A stretch of 59,326 nt of DNA. Source: Clostridia bacterium (GTDB taxonomy: Bacteria; Bacillota; Clostridia; DSM-8532; SZUA-474). The stretch lies in NCBI GenBank assembly GCA_003251775.1, contig QKEK01000186.1:1-59326 (forward strand), written 5' to 3'. The notes below the pieces were generated by a model that searched no databases, was not told the DNA's origin, and saw only the letters and a list, made by a program, of their open reading frames with translations. Position numbers and translations under genes: made by a program. This document shows, one piece after another, positions 19,720 to 29,658 of the stretch (position 1 is its first letter; each line of letters begins with the position of its first letter).

Positions 19720-20505
19720 TCATTCTGATTTAATGATTACATTTAATTCCTCTAATTCACTTTTACTATACTGTTGTATAAAGTTGAATACAACTACTGT
19801 AAGAATCCCCTCACTTATTGCCAGAGGAATTTGTGTAATAGCAAAAACTGACATAAATTTTTCTATTGACAATAACACCCCTCCATTGGGATCAGGGTGT
19901 GCAATACCTAGCTGAATAGCAGTTACAATATAAGTGAATAAATTCCCCAAGGAGGATGCTAGAAAAACAGCAAGCCAGCTCTTGCCTCTCATTTTTATAA
20001 CAATCTTATATACAAGAAAAGCAACAAACGGGCCTGCAATTGCCATAGAAAAAGTATTTGCACCTAACGTTGTCAATCCACCATGAGCTAGTAAAATAGC
20101 CTGAAACATCAAGACAATCAGTCCCAGAACACTCATGGAAGCGGGTCCAAATAAAATGGTTCCAAGACCTACTCCAGTTGGATGAGAGCTACTTCCATTA
20201 ACAGATGGTATTTTAACTGCTGATAGAACGAATGCGAACGCTCCTACCATACCTAATAGCAATTTTATTCTTGGATTAGTTTTAGTTTTTCTTTGTATTG
20301 AGATTAAGCCTATTATTACAAACGGCAATGAAGCAACTCCCCATACAAAACTCCATACTGGTGGTAAGAAGCCCTCCATTATATGCATACCATATACCTC
20401 TTTTGGTATGAGTACTAGCATTATGACAATTGTAGCTATTATCCTGACAAACATTTTTTTACTATAACTATAATTTTTCATATTTTTACTTCTATCCCCC
20501 TTCAT
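19720..20505 (-). CDS. cbiM: Cobalt ECF transporter S component with signal peptide
   Basis: Signal peptide then MHIMEGFLP; GSSSHPTG; LLAHGGLTTLGAN. Start at ATG 20505 after GAGGTG (20481 also possible); the ORF-track start at 20655 lies inside the riboswitch. Confidence 0.94.
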   Translation of the reverse strand: MKGDRSKNMKNYSYSKKMFVRIIATIVIMLVLIPKEVYGMHIMEGFLPPVWSFVWGVASLPFVIIGLISIQRKTKTNPRIKLLLGMVGAFAFVLSAVKIPSVNGSSSHPTGVGLGTILFGPASMSVLGLIVLMFQAILLAHGGLTTLGANTFSMAIAGPFVAFLVYKIVIKMRGKSWLAVFLASSLGNLFTYIVTAIQLGIAHPDPNGGVLLSIEKFMSVFAITQIPLAISEGILTVVVFNFIQQYSKSELEELNVIIKSE

Positions 20506-20537
20506 TAATAACACCTCATTAATATCACAAATAACAA

Positions 20538-20575
20538 CAAAAAAACACCCCCCTATCTCTCGTAGGTAAGTTGTC
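20538..20575 (-). terminator. Riboswitch expression-platform terminator
   Basis: GACAACTTACCTA-CGAGAGA-TAGGGGGGTGTT imperfect stem ending in a U7 tract, just 3' of the aptamer. Confidence 0.6.
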
Positions 20576-20583
20576 GCACTTCT

Positions 20584-20780
20584 TCTCAAGCAGGTCTTCT
20601 GGCTTTGGATCATAGTCAATTTGCACCTTCCCAGTTTCCCAGTGGTATAACGCAAACATCCTCCCCATTACAGCGGCGGGACCGCACAGGATTTTCACCT
20701 ATTTCCCTCTATTAAACATATAATACTATACTACTTTATATATAAAAATATATTAAAATATGTTAAAGCACATACTTTAT
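20584..20780 (-). ncRNA. Cobalamin riboswitch
   Basis: Minus strand AGGGAA-TAGGTGAAAATCCTG-TGCGGTCCCGCCGCTGTAA...CCACTGGGAAACTGGGAAGG...AGCCAGAAGACCTGC (B12 box), upstream of cbiM. 5' boundary uncertain (20780 or ~20820). Confidence 0.95.
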
Positions 20781-20930
20781 ATTTTTTCATAGCATAAATA
20801 TCAATATATCAATACTTGAAAATGCTCTATTAAGCTTTTTGCGTTGTTATAAAAAACGCTTACACAATTATTCAAAATAAATAAAATAGCGTATAAATAT
20901 ATAACAAAGCAAGATACATAAACTGAGTTA

Positions 20931-20959
20931 ATTCTAGCACTAAATTCTATATGTGTCTA
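20931..20959 (-). promoter_or_regulatory. sigmaA promoter for the riboswitch-cbi operon
   Basis: TAGACA-N17-TAGAAT on the minus strand. Confidence 0.55.
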
Positions 20960-21027
20960 CAAATATTTTATGCTTTTTTGTAATATGTAAGCCTTTAACG
21001 AACTTCAAATTTGAAATGTAATTTGCA

Positions 21028-21069
21028 CAAAAAATTCTCCGTCCTTATTAATACAAAGAACGGAGAATT
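21028..21069 (-). terminator. Intrinsic terminator after the solute-binding protein gene
   Basis: AATTCTCCGT...ACGGAGAATT stem followed by a U run on the minus strand. Confidence 0.8.
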
Positions 21070-21100
21070 ATTATTAATTATTTAATCAATTTAATTAGGA

Positions 21101-22729
21101 TTATTTGTTGTTTTGTAGCTTCCATCTGTTGTTGTATAACTCATCTAGCTCAGGTACACCTATGCTATTACATTGAGCTACGAACTCATCCCAATCATTT
21201 TCTATTGAAAGCTCACCTAAGATAAACTGTAGAGTTGCAGCTCTTACATAGTCTCTTACTGGACCATAGTATAAGCTTTCTGTTTCTCTTTCCTCTTCAG
21301 TTAACTTAATCTTTGGAAGAATTGGTGAGAACACGCCTTCTTTAACCATGTCTTTGATCAAGCCCATAGTATAATCAGTCTTGTTAGAATATAAGTAATC
21401 AGGATCCTTTCTGAATGTTAAGCAGTTATTTAGAATACCATGAGATGTTGAGTAGTTGTGAGTTAAATCAATGTATTCCTTTCTGCCATCTGGAAGCACC
21501 TCAAAGGTTTCACCTTCAAGTCCAAAGGTTGTTAACTCAGCTGCTTCATCTGTGTACATCCAGTCAATGAATTTTAGGAATGTATCAAATGTATCATAAT
21601 CCTTAACCTTTGAGCTAAAGCACATAGACTGATCCCACATAGGAACTCTTGCTCCTGACCAGTGTCCCCATGGTCCCTTAGGAGGCATAATTGGTTGTAT
21701 GTTAAAGTTTGGATTTCCTGAGTTTGTAGGACCATCTCTGTTATATCTGATTTCGTTACCAATCCAGTCTACCATAATGAATTGGTCTCCATCCATAGCT
21801 CTGTTTTCGTAAACAGTACTATCTAATGTTGCAAATTCTTGATCTAATAGACCTTCGCTAAACATTTTGTTAAACCAGACTAACATTTGCTTGTATCCTT
21901 CTGATGCTGGAGCAAAGATAAAATTATCTTGTTCCTTGTCATAGAAGAAGGTATTACCTATTCCCCAACCAGCTGCTGTATTAAACGCTGGTGCCACCTT
22001 GAAAAGAATGTTGTCTTCAAAGAATCTGTTTGTCATAGGAGCTGGCTTATCTGGGTACGCATTCTTGTAAGCCTTACATAGCTCATATACATCTTCCATA
22101 GTTTTAGGTTGCTCTAAGCCTAGCTCTTCTAGAATATCCATTCTTATTAACCAACCATGTGCATTAAATTTCTCATCGTTACAGTAAGCTGGAAGCACAT
22201 ATAGCTTTCCATCTGCATCTTTTAGATTTTCTAAGTCAGCATTGTAGCCAAGTCTGTCAGCCAAATTTGTGAATACAGGTAATTTGTCAAAGTAATCACT
22301 TATTGGCAAGAATAATCCAGTATTTAGGTATGTGCTGATTTCATCATCAAATGTCTGTGCAACGATGTCAGGAATCTCACCTGCACCGATTGCGATAGTT
22401 CTACTATCTCTGAAGTCAGAGCTTGGTACAAGCTGGAGGTCAAGAGTAACGTTTGTACGCTTCTTGATTTCTTCCATAATCATCCAATCCTCTAGATAAG
22501 GATATGTTGAATTTTCCTGATAGAACATAGTGAATGTAACTGGTACATCTGATACCATGCCTGAATCAGTTGGTGCTTCCTCACTTTCTGAGCTAGCTTC
22601 TGCTGACTCACCTGTTGTGCTTGCTGAGTCTCCATCAGTATTCTTCTTACATCCAGCAAACATTGAGATTCCTAGCATTAGTGCTAGCAGTAACATTAAT
22701 GATCTCTGTGACACTTTTCTTAGTTTCAT
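21101..22729 (-). CDS. Carbohydrate ABC transporter solute-binding lipoprotein (LplA-like)
   Basis: Lipobox MFAGC, acidic S/E linker, GEIPDI, DGKLYVLP, IRMDILEELGLEQPKT. ATG 22729 after GGAGG. Confidence 0.88.
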   Translation of the reverse strand: MKLRKVSQRSLMLLLALMLGISMFAGCKKNTDGDSASTTGESAEASSESEEAPTDSGMVSDVPVTFTMFYQENSTYPYLEDWMIMEEIKKRTNVTLDLQLVPSSDFRDSRTIAIGAGEIPDIVAQTFDDEISTYLNTGLFLPISDYFDKLPVFTNLADRLGYNADLENLKDADGKLYVLPAYCNDEKFNAHGWLIRMDILEELGLEQPKTMEDVYELCKAYKNAYPDKPAPMTNRFFEDNILFKVAPAFNTAAGWGIGNTFFYDKEQDNFIFAPASEGYKQMLVWFNKMFSEGLLDQEFATLDSTVYENRAMDGDQFIMVDWIGNEIRYNRDGPTNSGNPNFNIQPIMPPKGPWGHWSGARVPMWDQSMCFSSKVKDYDTFDTFLKFIDWMYTDEAAELTTFGLEGETFEVLPDGRKEYIDLTHNYSTSHGILNNCLTFRKDPDYLYSNKTDYTMGLIKDMVKEGVFSPILPKIKLTEEERETESLYYGPVRDYVRAATLQFILGELSIENDWDEFVAQCNSIGVPELDELYNNRWKLQNNK

Positions 22730-22869
22730 AAAAAATTCCTCCAATTCTATTTTTCTTAGAAGGTTTATTTTAATAAACCCCCTTTGTACTTTACTAAGAT
22801 GTTACTATTTCTTAGTAAGTACCTTCTATTATATATAAATATATTATAATAGCATCCTTTTTAAAAACA

Positions 22870-23748
22870 TTAACCCTTTATTGAACCAATCATCATTCCC
22901 TTTGCAAAATACTTCTGTATTCGTGGATAAACTATTATTATAGGAATTGATATTAATACAATAGTAGCAGCCTGAATCGTTTCTGGTACAGTATTTGCAT
23001 CCTTTGAATCAAGGACATTTCCTGCACGTATCTGGTTGTAGGCACCATAAACAATATTCCTTAAAAACAAGGAAACTGGTCTTAGATTTTCTGCCTTTGG
23101 TAGGTAAATAAGTGCCATAAACCAATCATTCCATATCCAAACAGCCACAAACAACCCAATAGTTGCTAATATTGCCTTGGATAAAGGTATAACAATCCAT
23201 ACTAAAATTCCGATATCATTCAGCCCATCTATCCTTGCAGAATCTTCTAAAGCAGATGGTATTCCCTGGAAAAAAGTTTTCATAATCATTACATTATATG
23301 CACTTATAGCTCCTGGTATAAGAATTGCCCATATCTTGTTAATAAAATCCAAGTCTCGTAGTAACAAGAAGTTTGGTATCAAACCACCAGAGAAAAACAT
23401 AGTAAACACTATTAGCTTTAGAATTACGGTTCCCCCAAGTAGATGTTTTTTGGATAAAGGGTAAGAACAAATTATTGTCAAAACTAAGCTTATAGCTGTT
23501 CCTACTATAGTATAGAAAATTGTATTTAAATACGACATATAGAACTTACTCATTCCTAGGATTTGTGTATACGAAGTGATATTAGGGTTTACAGGAATCA
23601 GAAACACCTCTCCTCTTCCAACTGCTCTATAGTCACTAAACGAAACCGCAATCATATATAAAAAAGGAAACAGTGTAGCTATTACCAATATTAACATAAG
23701 TATCGAATTAAGAACTCTGAAATTCTTATAAGAAAATACTCTATTCAT
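22870..23748 (-). CDS. Carbohydrate ABC transporter permease (LplC/YtcP-like)
   Basis: TMFFSGGLIP, EAA loop LEDSARIDG, WNDWF, MIGSIKG. Confidence 0.92.
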   Translation of the reverse strand: MNRVFSYKNFRVLNSILMLILVIATLFPFLYMIAVSFSDYRAVGRGEVFLIPVNPNITSYTQILGMSKFYMSYLNTIFYTIVGTAISLVLTIICSYPLSKKHLLGGTVILKLIVFTMFFSGGLIPNFLLLRDLDFINKIWAILIPGAISAYNVMIMKTFFQGIPSALEDSARIDGLNDIGILVWIVIPLSKAILATIGLFVAVWIWNDWFMALIYLPKAENLRPVSLFLRNIVYGAYNQIRAGNVLDSKDANTVPETIQAATIVLISIPIIIVYPRIQKYFAKGMMIGSIKG

Positions 23749-23758
23749 TTCTATCCTC

Positions 23759-24724
23759 CTACCATAAACTATATTCTGTAAACTTCTTTGAAATAGTATT
23801 GGTTATCCACAACAGCGTAAGGCTAATTAATGCCTGAAATAGTCCTATTGCCGTTGCTAAACTATAGTTTGTTGATTTTTCAAACGCCATTCTATATATA
23901 TATGTCTGCAGAATGTCTGCTACGTCATATATCGCTCTATTGTAGAGCATCAATACCTTTTCAAATCCTACCTGTAAGGTGTTTCCTACATTTAGAATAA
24001 GCGTTATCATAATCGTTGGTAGTATGCCAGGAATAGTTACATGTAACGTTTGTTTCCATCTACCAGCTCCATCAATATGGGCAGCTTCATATAACTGTTC
24101 ATCAACCCCAGACAGAGCCGCTATGTAAATTATAGCACTCCAACCCATAAACTGCCATATATCAGAGATTATATATATCGGTCGGAACCATTCCTTTTTC
24201 ATAATAAAGTATATAGACTCACCACCAAAGAACTGTATAACTTGATTTACTATACCTGATGATGGAGAAAGCATGCTTCTTATCATCGCCGCAACTACTA
24301 CTGTTGATAGAAACCTTGGAAGATATGTTGCTGTTTGTATGAATCTTTTTGCCTTAGTATTTCTAACTTCATTTAAAAGCAAAGCGAATATTATAGGAAA
24401 AGGAAACCCTATTATTAAAGCTGAAAAGCTTAGAACTACTGTATTTTTAAATACATTCCAAAAGGTAGGATCCTTTAAGAAAAGTTTAAAGTAAGTAAAA
24501 CCCATCCATTTATCACCAATCATACTCCCACCAGGCTTATAGTGCCTAAAGGACAGCACAATTCCATACATAGGAAGATACTTGAATATTATAAAGTATG
24601 CAATTGGGAGAATCAGTAATAAGTATAAAAGAAGATCCTTTTTTAAAGCAGTTTTTATAACTGAAGATTTACTTACTCCTTGAGCACCCTTTTTTGGCAA
24701 CGTAAGATTCTTATCTTCCATCAA
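23759..24724 (-). CDS. Carbohydrate ABC transporter permease (LplB-like)
   Basis: FKYLPMYG, ALLLNE, LYEAAHIDGAGRWKQ. Confidence 0.92.
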   Translation of the reverse strand: MMEDKNLTLPKKGAQGVSKSSVIKTALKKDLLLYLLLILPIAYFIIFKYLPMYGIVLSFRHYKPGGSMIGDKWMGFTYFKLFLKDPTFWNVFKNTVVLSFSALIIGFPFPIIFALLLNEVRNTKAKRFIQTATYLPRFLSTVVVAAMIRSMLSPSSGIVNQVIQFFGGESIYFIMKKEWFRPIYIISDIWQFMGWSAIIYIAALSGVDEQLYEAAHIDGAGRWKQTLHVTIPGILPTIMITLILNVGNTLQVGFEKVLMLYNRAIYDVADILQTYIYRMAFEKSTNYSLATAIGLFQALISLTLLWITNTISKKFTEYSLW

Positions 24725-24981
24725 AAACGCCCCCTCTCAATGATAAGTAATTCATAATTGTCATTTCTCCTTTCAAGATGTTATATTTGAATAATTATAA
24801 TTTACAGGCTCTAATTTATAAAAAAAACAGTTATGCACAAAACTATAATATATTCTAAACTAAGGTCATATACGGCTTGAAAACAGATTAGCACATTTCA
24901 GCAAATACTGTAAAGTAATAAAATTCGTCTTTTGTTAACTTATACGCCTTTCTTGTTGGTGTCTCTTTTCAACCATGTTAT

Positions 24982-24995
24982 AGTATTCGCTTTCA
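24982..24995. promoter_or_regulatory. cre-like (CcpA/LacI-type) operator candidate
   Basis: Minus strand TGAAAGCGAATACT, one mismatch to TGWAANCGNTNWCW, between the divergent ABC operon and the AraC gene. Confidence 0.35.
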
Positions 24996-25083
24996 TATAG
25001 TATCCTGCTAGTTATAAAAGCCAACCTAATGCTATACAATTATTAAATTGAGCTTTATAGATATTGAAGCGACAATTATAACA

Positions 25084-25112
25084 TTGACTAAAAATTCTCT
25101 ATATTATATAAT
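25084..25112 (+). promoter_or_regulatory. sigmaA promoter of the AraC regulator
   Basis: TTGACT-N17-TATAAT. Confidence 0.75.
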
Positions 25113-25145
25113 GAAATTGCAAACCACTTATGTTAATACAATAGA

Positions 25146-27482
25146 ATGGATGTGTTACTCTTGAATGTAGGATTTAGAAAAAATGTATTATTTAATAAAA
25201 TATTCATCTATTTTGTTCTTGCTATTGTATGTGCCTTTTGCTTTACACTTTTTATTAATGCTTACTATATAACCCTACTTCAATCGAAAACACATAATAA
25301 ATATGTAAACTCCTTGTCAATGGTGTCCACTTCTGTTGACATTTCATTTCAGGAAATTTTACAAACGACTTCTCTATTAGCATTCTCTGATGATGTAAAT
25401 GAAATACTATTTGGCACAGAGCCACTAAGAATGGATGAGCTTTATAGGGTTAGAAGTACTACTAATGCTTTACGGATTTTCAGGACCACAAATTCATATA
25501 TACAAAACGCTTATATAATTAGTAGAAATAATGAATTAGTAATTGATAGAGATGGAACAAGCTCTATTGAAGAGTTTTTTGATCTAAAATATTCTCATGA
25601 GCTATATGATATGAATTTCTGGTTAAATTTAAGAGCAGATAGATACGTTCGATATTTAGTTTTAAAGCCAAGTATTGTTACAAATAGAATTAATAGTAGC
25701 ACATATAATATACTTCCCATTGTTCAATTCGCATTGAACGACCAGACCTTCAACAATATTTTTGTGGTAAATATGAATATAAATTCTATCGCTCGTTTAC
25801 TTGATGAGCATAAACTAACAAATCACAGCACCTTATTCATTTGTGATAATGAGGGAAATATAGTATGTAAGTCTGGAGACTCAGAAAAAATGGGCTTCAG
25901 TGACGATAAGCTACAAAGTATATTGCAGACTAAAGAAAAAAACAGCTCATTTACACACGAGAACAAAAAATACTTAATTATTGATTATGACACATCATTG
26001 ATAGGCTTCAAGTACCACGCGATTGTTCCTTATGAAGATTTTTATAGTGAGTCTATAAAAACCTTATTGGTTCCATTACTTATACTGGGTATCGGTATGG
26101 TTATAGTCATTGCCTTATCCTTTTTGTTTAGTAAAAGGATATATACGCCTATAGATAGTCTTACAAAGCTATTAAAAGAGAACTATAGTAGTACTTCTAA
26201 TACTGAGGATATAAACAAAAATGACCTTGAGTTTATTAATAAAAGTATATATGATATAATTGCTGACAATAAGAAGCTGACAAATGATTTGTCAATTGCT
26301 ATTCCTTACGTATGTGAGAGATACCTTTTAAGTATATTTAATCATAATACAACCTTCCCAGAGCAAGAGGTTAACGAGTTTTTAGCCGCATATGGCTTCA
26401 CGTTTAAGCATGATTATTTTGTTGTCATTCACACAACACTTAATTTTCCTGAAAGCTTTTATGAAATATATAGTAAAACAGAGTATGATGCTGTATGTCA
26501 AGATACAGTTCTTGCTGCGAAGGAGATTTTTTCAAAATTAAATATGACTTATACCTTTTCTGTAAGCGAAAATCAAATATGTATTATCTTAAACCTTGAA
26601 CATGAAGCACAGCAAGATGATATACTTGAAGTAACAAAGCAATTTCATCAGGCAATTGAAAGTGAGCATTCAGTTATTACAATACAAAGTGGTATAGGAC
26701 AAATTCACGAGGGCTTGAATGGAATGTATAATTCATATAGAGAATCACTAAGAGCATCTTCTCATATAGCCTTTATGACTACATCAGTTATAAAATGTTA
26801 TGAAGCACCCACTGAGCCTAGTATTAATAGCTATTATACTATTGAGGAGGAAAACAAGCTAGTCAACTACTTGATTAAGGGTGATAATGTAAGTGTTAAG
26901 GAGCTTATTGATAATGTTATTAGCAAAAATATAGAGAAAAATATATCAGATCATTCACTAAAAGAATTATACCTTCAGATTTATAACACCTGCGTTAGGG
27001 TCTTAAATATGAGAAATTTGTGTGTTTTGGAGCTGTTAGAAGAGGATTATTTGGATATTTATTCTGATATGGCACAAATATCAAGTAATCGTATGTATAA
27101 GTATATTCTTTTATTATTAGAAAACATAATAGAATTAAGCTCTAATACAAATAATAAATTTGATGTCGCAAATCTTAAACAGTATATAGATTCTAATTTT
27201 AATAAGGAAATATATTTAGACTCAATCGCTGCACACTTTAATATGACACCAAAATATATGTCAAAGCTTATTAAAAAAACACTAGGCATATCCTTCCAAA
27301 GTTATTTATCCTCGTTAAGAATTTCTAAGTCAAAGGAGCTACTTACAAATACCAGCAAAAGTATTAGTTCTATAGCAGAAGATGTCGGATTTAATAGCAG
27401 ATACCCCTTTATTCGTAAGTTCAAGCTATTGGAGGGAATTACACCAAGTGAGTATAGAACGCTTCACAGAAGCACTAAATAG
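25146..27482 (+). CDS. Membrane-anchored AraC-family regulator (YesS-like; two TM helices flanking a sensor domain, C-terminal HTH)
   Basis: C-terminal YIDSNF...LDSIAAHF...SIAEDVGFNSRYPFIRKFKLLEGITPSEYR; divergent from the sugar ABC operon. TTG 25161 is an alternative start. Confidence 0.88.
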   Translation: MDVLLLNVGFRKNVLFNKIFIYFVLAIVCAFCFTLFINAYYITLLQSKTHNKYVNSLSMVSTSVDISFQEILQTTSLLAFSDDVNEILFGTEPLRMDELYRVRSTTNALRIFRTTNSYIQNAYIISRNNELVIDRDGTSSIEEFFDLKYSHELYDMNFWLNLRADRYVRYLVLKPSIVTNRINSSTYNILPIVQFALNDQTFNNIFVVNMNINSIARLLDEHKLTNHSTLFICDNEGNIVCKSGDSEKMGFSDDKLQSILQTKEKNSSFTHENKKYLIIDYDTSLIGFKYHAIVPYEDFYSESIKTLLVPLLILGIGMVIVIALSFLFSKRIYTPIDSLTKLLKENYSSTSNTEDINKNDLEFINKSIYDIIADNKKLTNDLSIAIPYVCERYLLSIFNHNTTFPEQEVNEFLAAYGFTFKHDYFVVIHTTLNFPESFYEIYSKTEYDAVCQDTVLAAKEIFSKLNMTYTFSVSENQICIILNLEHEAQQDDILEVTKQFHQAIESEHSVITIQSGIGQIHEGLNGMYNSYRESLRASSHIAFMTTSVIKCYEAPTEPSINSYYTIEEENKLVNYLIKGDNVSVKELIDNVISKNIEKNISDHSLKELYLQIYNTCVRVLNMRNLCVLELLEEDYLDIYSDMAQISSNRMYKYILLLLENIIELSSNTNNKFDVANLKQYIDSNFNKEIYLDSIAAHFNMTPKYMSKLIKKTLGISFQSYLSSLRISKSKELLTNTSKSISSIAEDVGFNSRYPFIRKFKLLEGITPSEYRTLHRSTK

Positions 27483-27559
27483 AAGCTATGCTTAAAATTA
27501 CGCTAATTCTACCTAATTCTATTTAATTATATCTTTATATTTAGTGTTGCTCTAAATTT

Positions 27560-29509
27560 TTATCTCTTCCACAGCTTTGCTACCATTACAGTCATGTCGT
27601 CCCTTAAAGTACCATTACACAGCTTGATAGCCTCTTTTATAATTGTATCAGACATTTCCTGAGGATTTTTTGTTTCTATATCCTCTATGAATTCACCTAA
27701 ATCAACACTATTTTTTTCATAAGCATCGTAAACACCGTCTGACATAGTTATTAAAAAATTCCCATCTTCTATATTGCTTTTTTTAAACTCCAACTCAATA
27801 TTATCTAATATTCCTGCTGGCAGTGATATAGAACGAATAACTTCTGTTTGCTTTTCTTTCTTTATAAATGTAGGTACTGCACCTATCTTATAAAAATCAG
27901 TAGCACCAGTATATAAATCAATCATACATAAGTCTATAGTGGTAAATGTGTCATTAATATTACGTGCACGTAAGACAGAGTTAATGAACTTGAAAACAAT
28001 ACTCCTTTCAAATCCAGTTTTTAGTAGCTGTTCAATAATGTCAATTGCATTCTTGCTTTGTTCTGCTGCTAATTTCCCACTTCCCATACCGTCACATAGG
28101 GTTAATATATACCTTGAGTCTGTGTTTTCAAAAAATGTATAATTATCTCCTGAGCACTTTTGTTCGCTCTTTGTTCTTTTTGATACCCCTGTCATTACAG
28201 CGAACCTTTTTTGTTCTGAATATTCCAGCTTGCATTTACCGGTACGAGTATCACACACACATCCCTTATCTTTGCGAACCATTTTTTTGCTAATGCTTTC
28301 AGATAATATGCTACCTATTTCCTTTTCGCATTTTTTTAACCTATCACAGCCATTTGCCTCAACACATACATTAATTATACCTCTATCATCCTTGTATGCA
28401 ATTATGTGTTTTATTCCATATCTGCTTAAACCTCGTTTTATGTTTTTTTCTAAATTATATAGGTAATCATACCCATCAGAAACCTCACTTGGCAGCACCC
28501 TTATTATGTCAGAAATCCAATTTATCTGTTCTGAAACCAATTGTCTATTCTCTGACATTTTCTTTTGCCAAAAGCAGTCTGTCTTATATATCTCATACGC
28601 ATTATTTACCTCTGCTATAAATTCATTTGTTTTTGTACATGAATTTTTAAAAAATTCAGGTAAATCCTTTTTTTCAACTATACGCTTTTTTTCTATAGCT
28701 CCAACAAATTCAAACAGGTTTCTGTAAGTTCCATAAAAGTTCTTTCCCCAGCACAAATCATTCATTCCACAACTTCCGCATATTCTTTGTGCCGCTCTAT
28801 CCAATATTATATACACATCCTGCTGTGATACCTCAATACTACTCATATTTGCAAATGCAGCTGATAATTGTTTTAACGATTGTACAAATATAGCTGTCTT
28901 TTTTTCAAAAAGCTCTTTTTCTCTCCAATTACTACATTTAATTACTTTTACTTTTTCCTCGGTTTTTTCTATTAAATCAAATAGACCGCTCTTAAATACT
29001 TGCGTTATGCAGCTTGTAAATACTAACAATGTAATTGCTCTGACTATATCCACCAATAAAAATCCTCTAAAAATAATATAAATTGTTTGTGGTACAATTA
29101 TAGATATTGCTATAAAGAGTATTGATAATAGATCTGTTGATGAATCCTCTTTTAAAAAAAGCCTCTTCAAAATAATAAAGAGTACTACTGTACACATATT
29201 GTTATATATTACTGTCAAATCAGAGGTAATCATAGCTCCTATAAAAATTGAGAGAAATATTATTATATCTACACTTTTTTTGCTACTCAACGCGAAAAAC
29301 AAAATTAACCCAAATGGCATTAAGCCATTCATTATAGAAAGCCTTGATAATAGAAATATTAGTATTCCCCATGCTATACTACTCTTAATATCATTACTAG
29401 CAAGGCTTAGCCTTTGTGTCCTATTTTTGAATTCTGTTTTTAGATTACCTAACAGACTTTCTTTAGGTATTAGATCAAGCTCTGAAATCTTTCCCATTCT
29501 AATTTGCAT
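27560..29509 (-). CDS. spoIIE: Stage II sporulation protein E-like PP2C phosphatase with shortened membrane domain
   Basis: N-terminal TMs; SpoIIE-type CGSCGMNDLCW; PP2C motifs SGDNY, CDGMGSG, TIDL, KIGAVPTF, SDGV, DDMTV. Confidence 0.82.
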   Translation of the reverse strand: MQIRMGKISELDLIPKESLLGNLKTEFKNRTQRLSLASNDIKSSIAWGILIFLLSRLSIMNGLMPFGLILFFALSSKKSVDIIIFLSIFIGAMITSDLTVIYNNMCTVVLFIILKRLFLKEDSSTDLLSILFIAISIIVPQTIYIIFRGFLLVDIVRAITLLVFTSCITQVFKSGLFDLIEKTEEKVKVIKCSNWREKELFEKKTAIFVQSLKQLSAAFANMSSIEVSQQDVYIILDRAAQRICGSCGMNDLCWGKNFYGTYRNLFEFVGAIEKKRIVEKKDLPEFFKNSCTKTNEFIAEVNNAYEIYKTDCFWQKKMSENRQLVSEQINWISDIIRVLPSEVSDGYDYLYNLEKNIKRGLSRYGIKHIIAYKDDRGIINVCVEANGCDRLKKCEKEIGSILSESISKKMVRKDKGCVCDTRTGKCKLEYSEQKRFAVMTGVSKRTKSEQKCSGDNYTFFENTDSRYILTLCDGMGSGKLAAEQSKNAIDIIEQLLKTGFERSIVFKFINSVLRARNINDTFTTIDLCMIDLYTGATDFYKIGAVPTFIKKEKQTEVIRSISLPAGILDNIELEFKKSNIEDGNFLITMSDGVYDAYEKNSVDLGEFIEDIETKNPQEMSDTIIKEAIKLCNGTLRDDMTVMVAKLWKR

Positions 29510-29561
29510 CTGAATTTAACCTCCGGTCCTTTTCTTTAGTACTTTCTTGTTTGTATATTGC

Positions 29562-29595
29562 ATTATACTAAAAAGAAAATGAATAAAATGTCGTT
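29562..29595 (-). promoter_or_regulatory. Candidate Spo0A-dependent sigmaA promoter of spoIIE
   Basis: TATAAT preceded at 21 nt by AACGACA (TGTCGTT on +, 5/7 to the 0A box TGNCGAA); over-long spacer as in B. subtilis spoIIE/spoIIG promoters. Confidence 0.45.
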
Positions 29596-29658
29596 TCCCA
29601 TTATTTCCAGAAGCATAATATCGCACTTATTATTGTTTCCACTATTTCAGCAAGGTCA

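Noticed and set aside
20506-20655. N-terminal extension of cbiM in the ORF track
   Set aside because: It runs through the riboswitch aptamer and terminator; a good RBS precedes ATG 20505.
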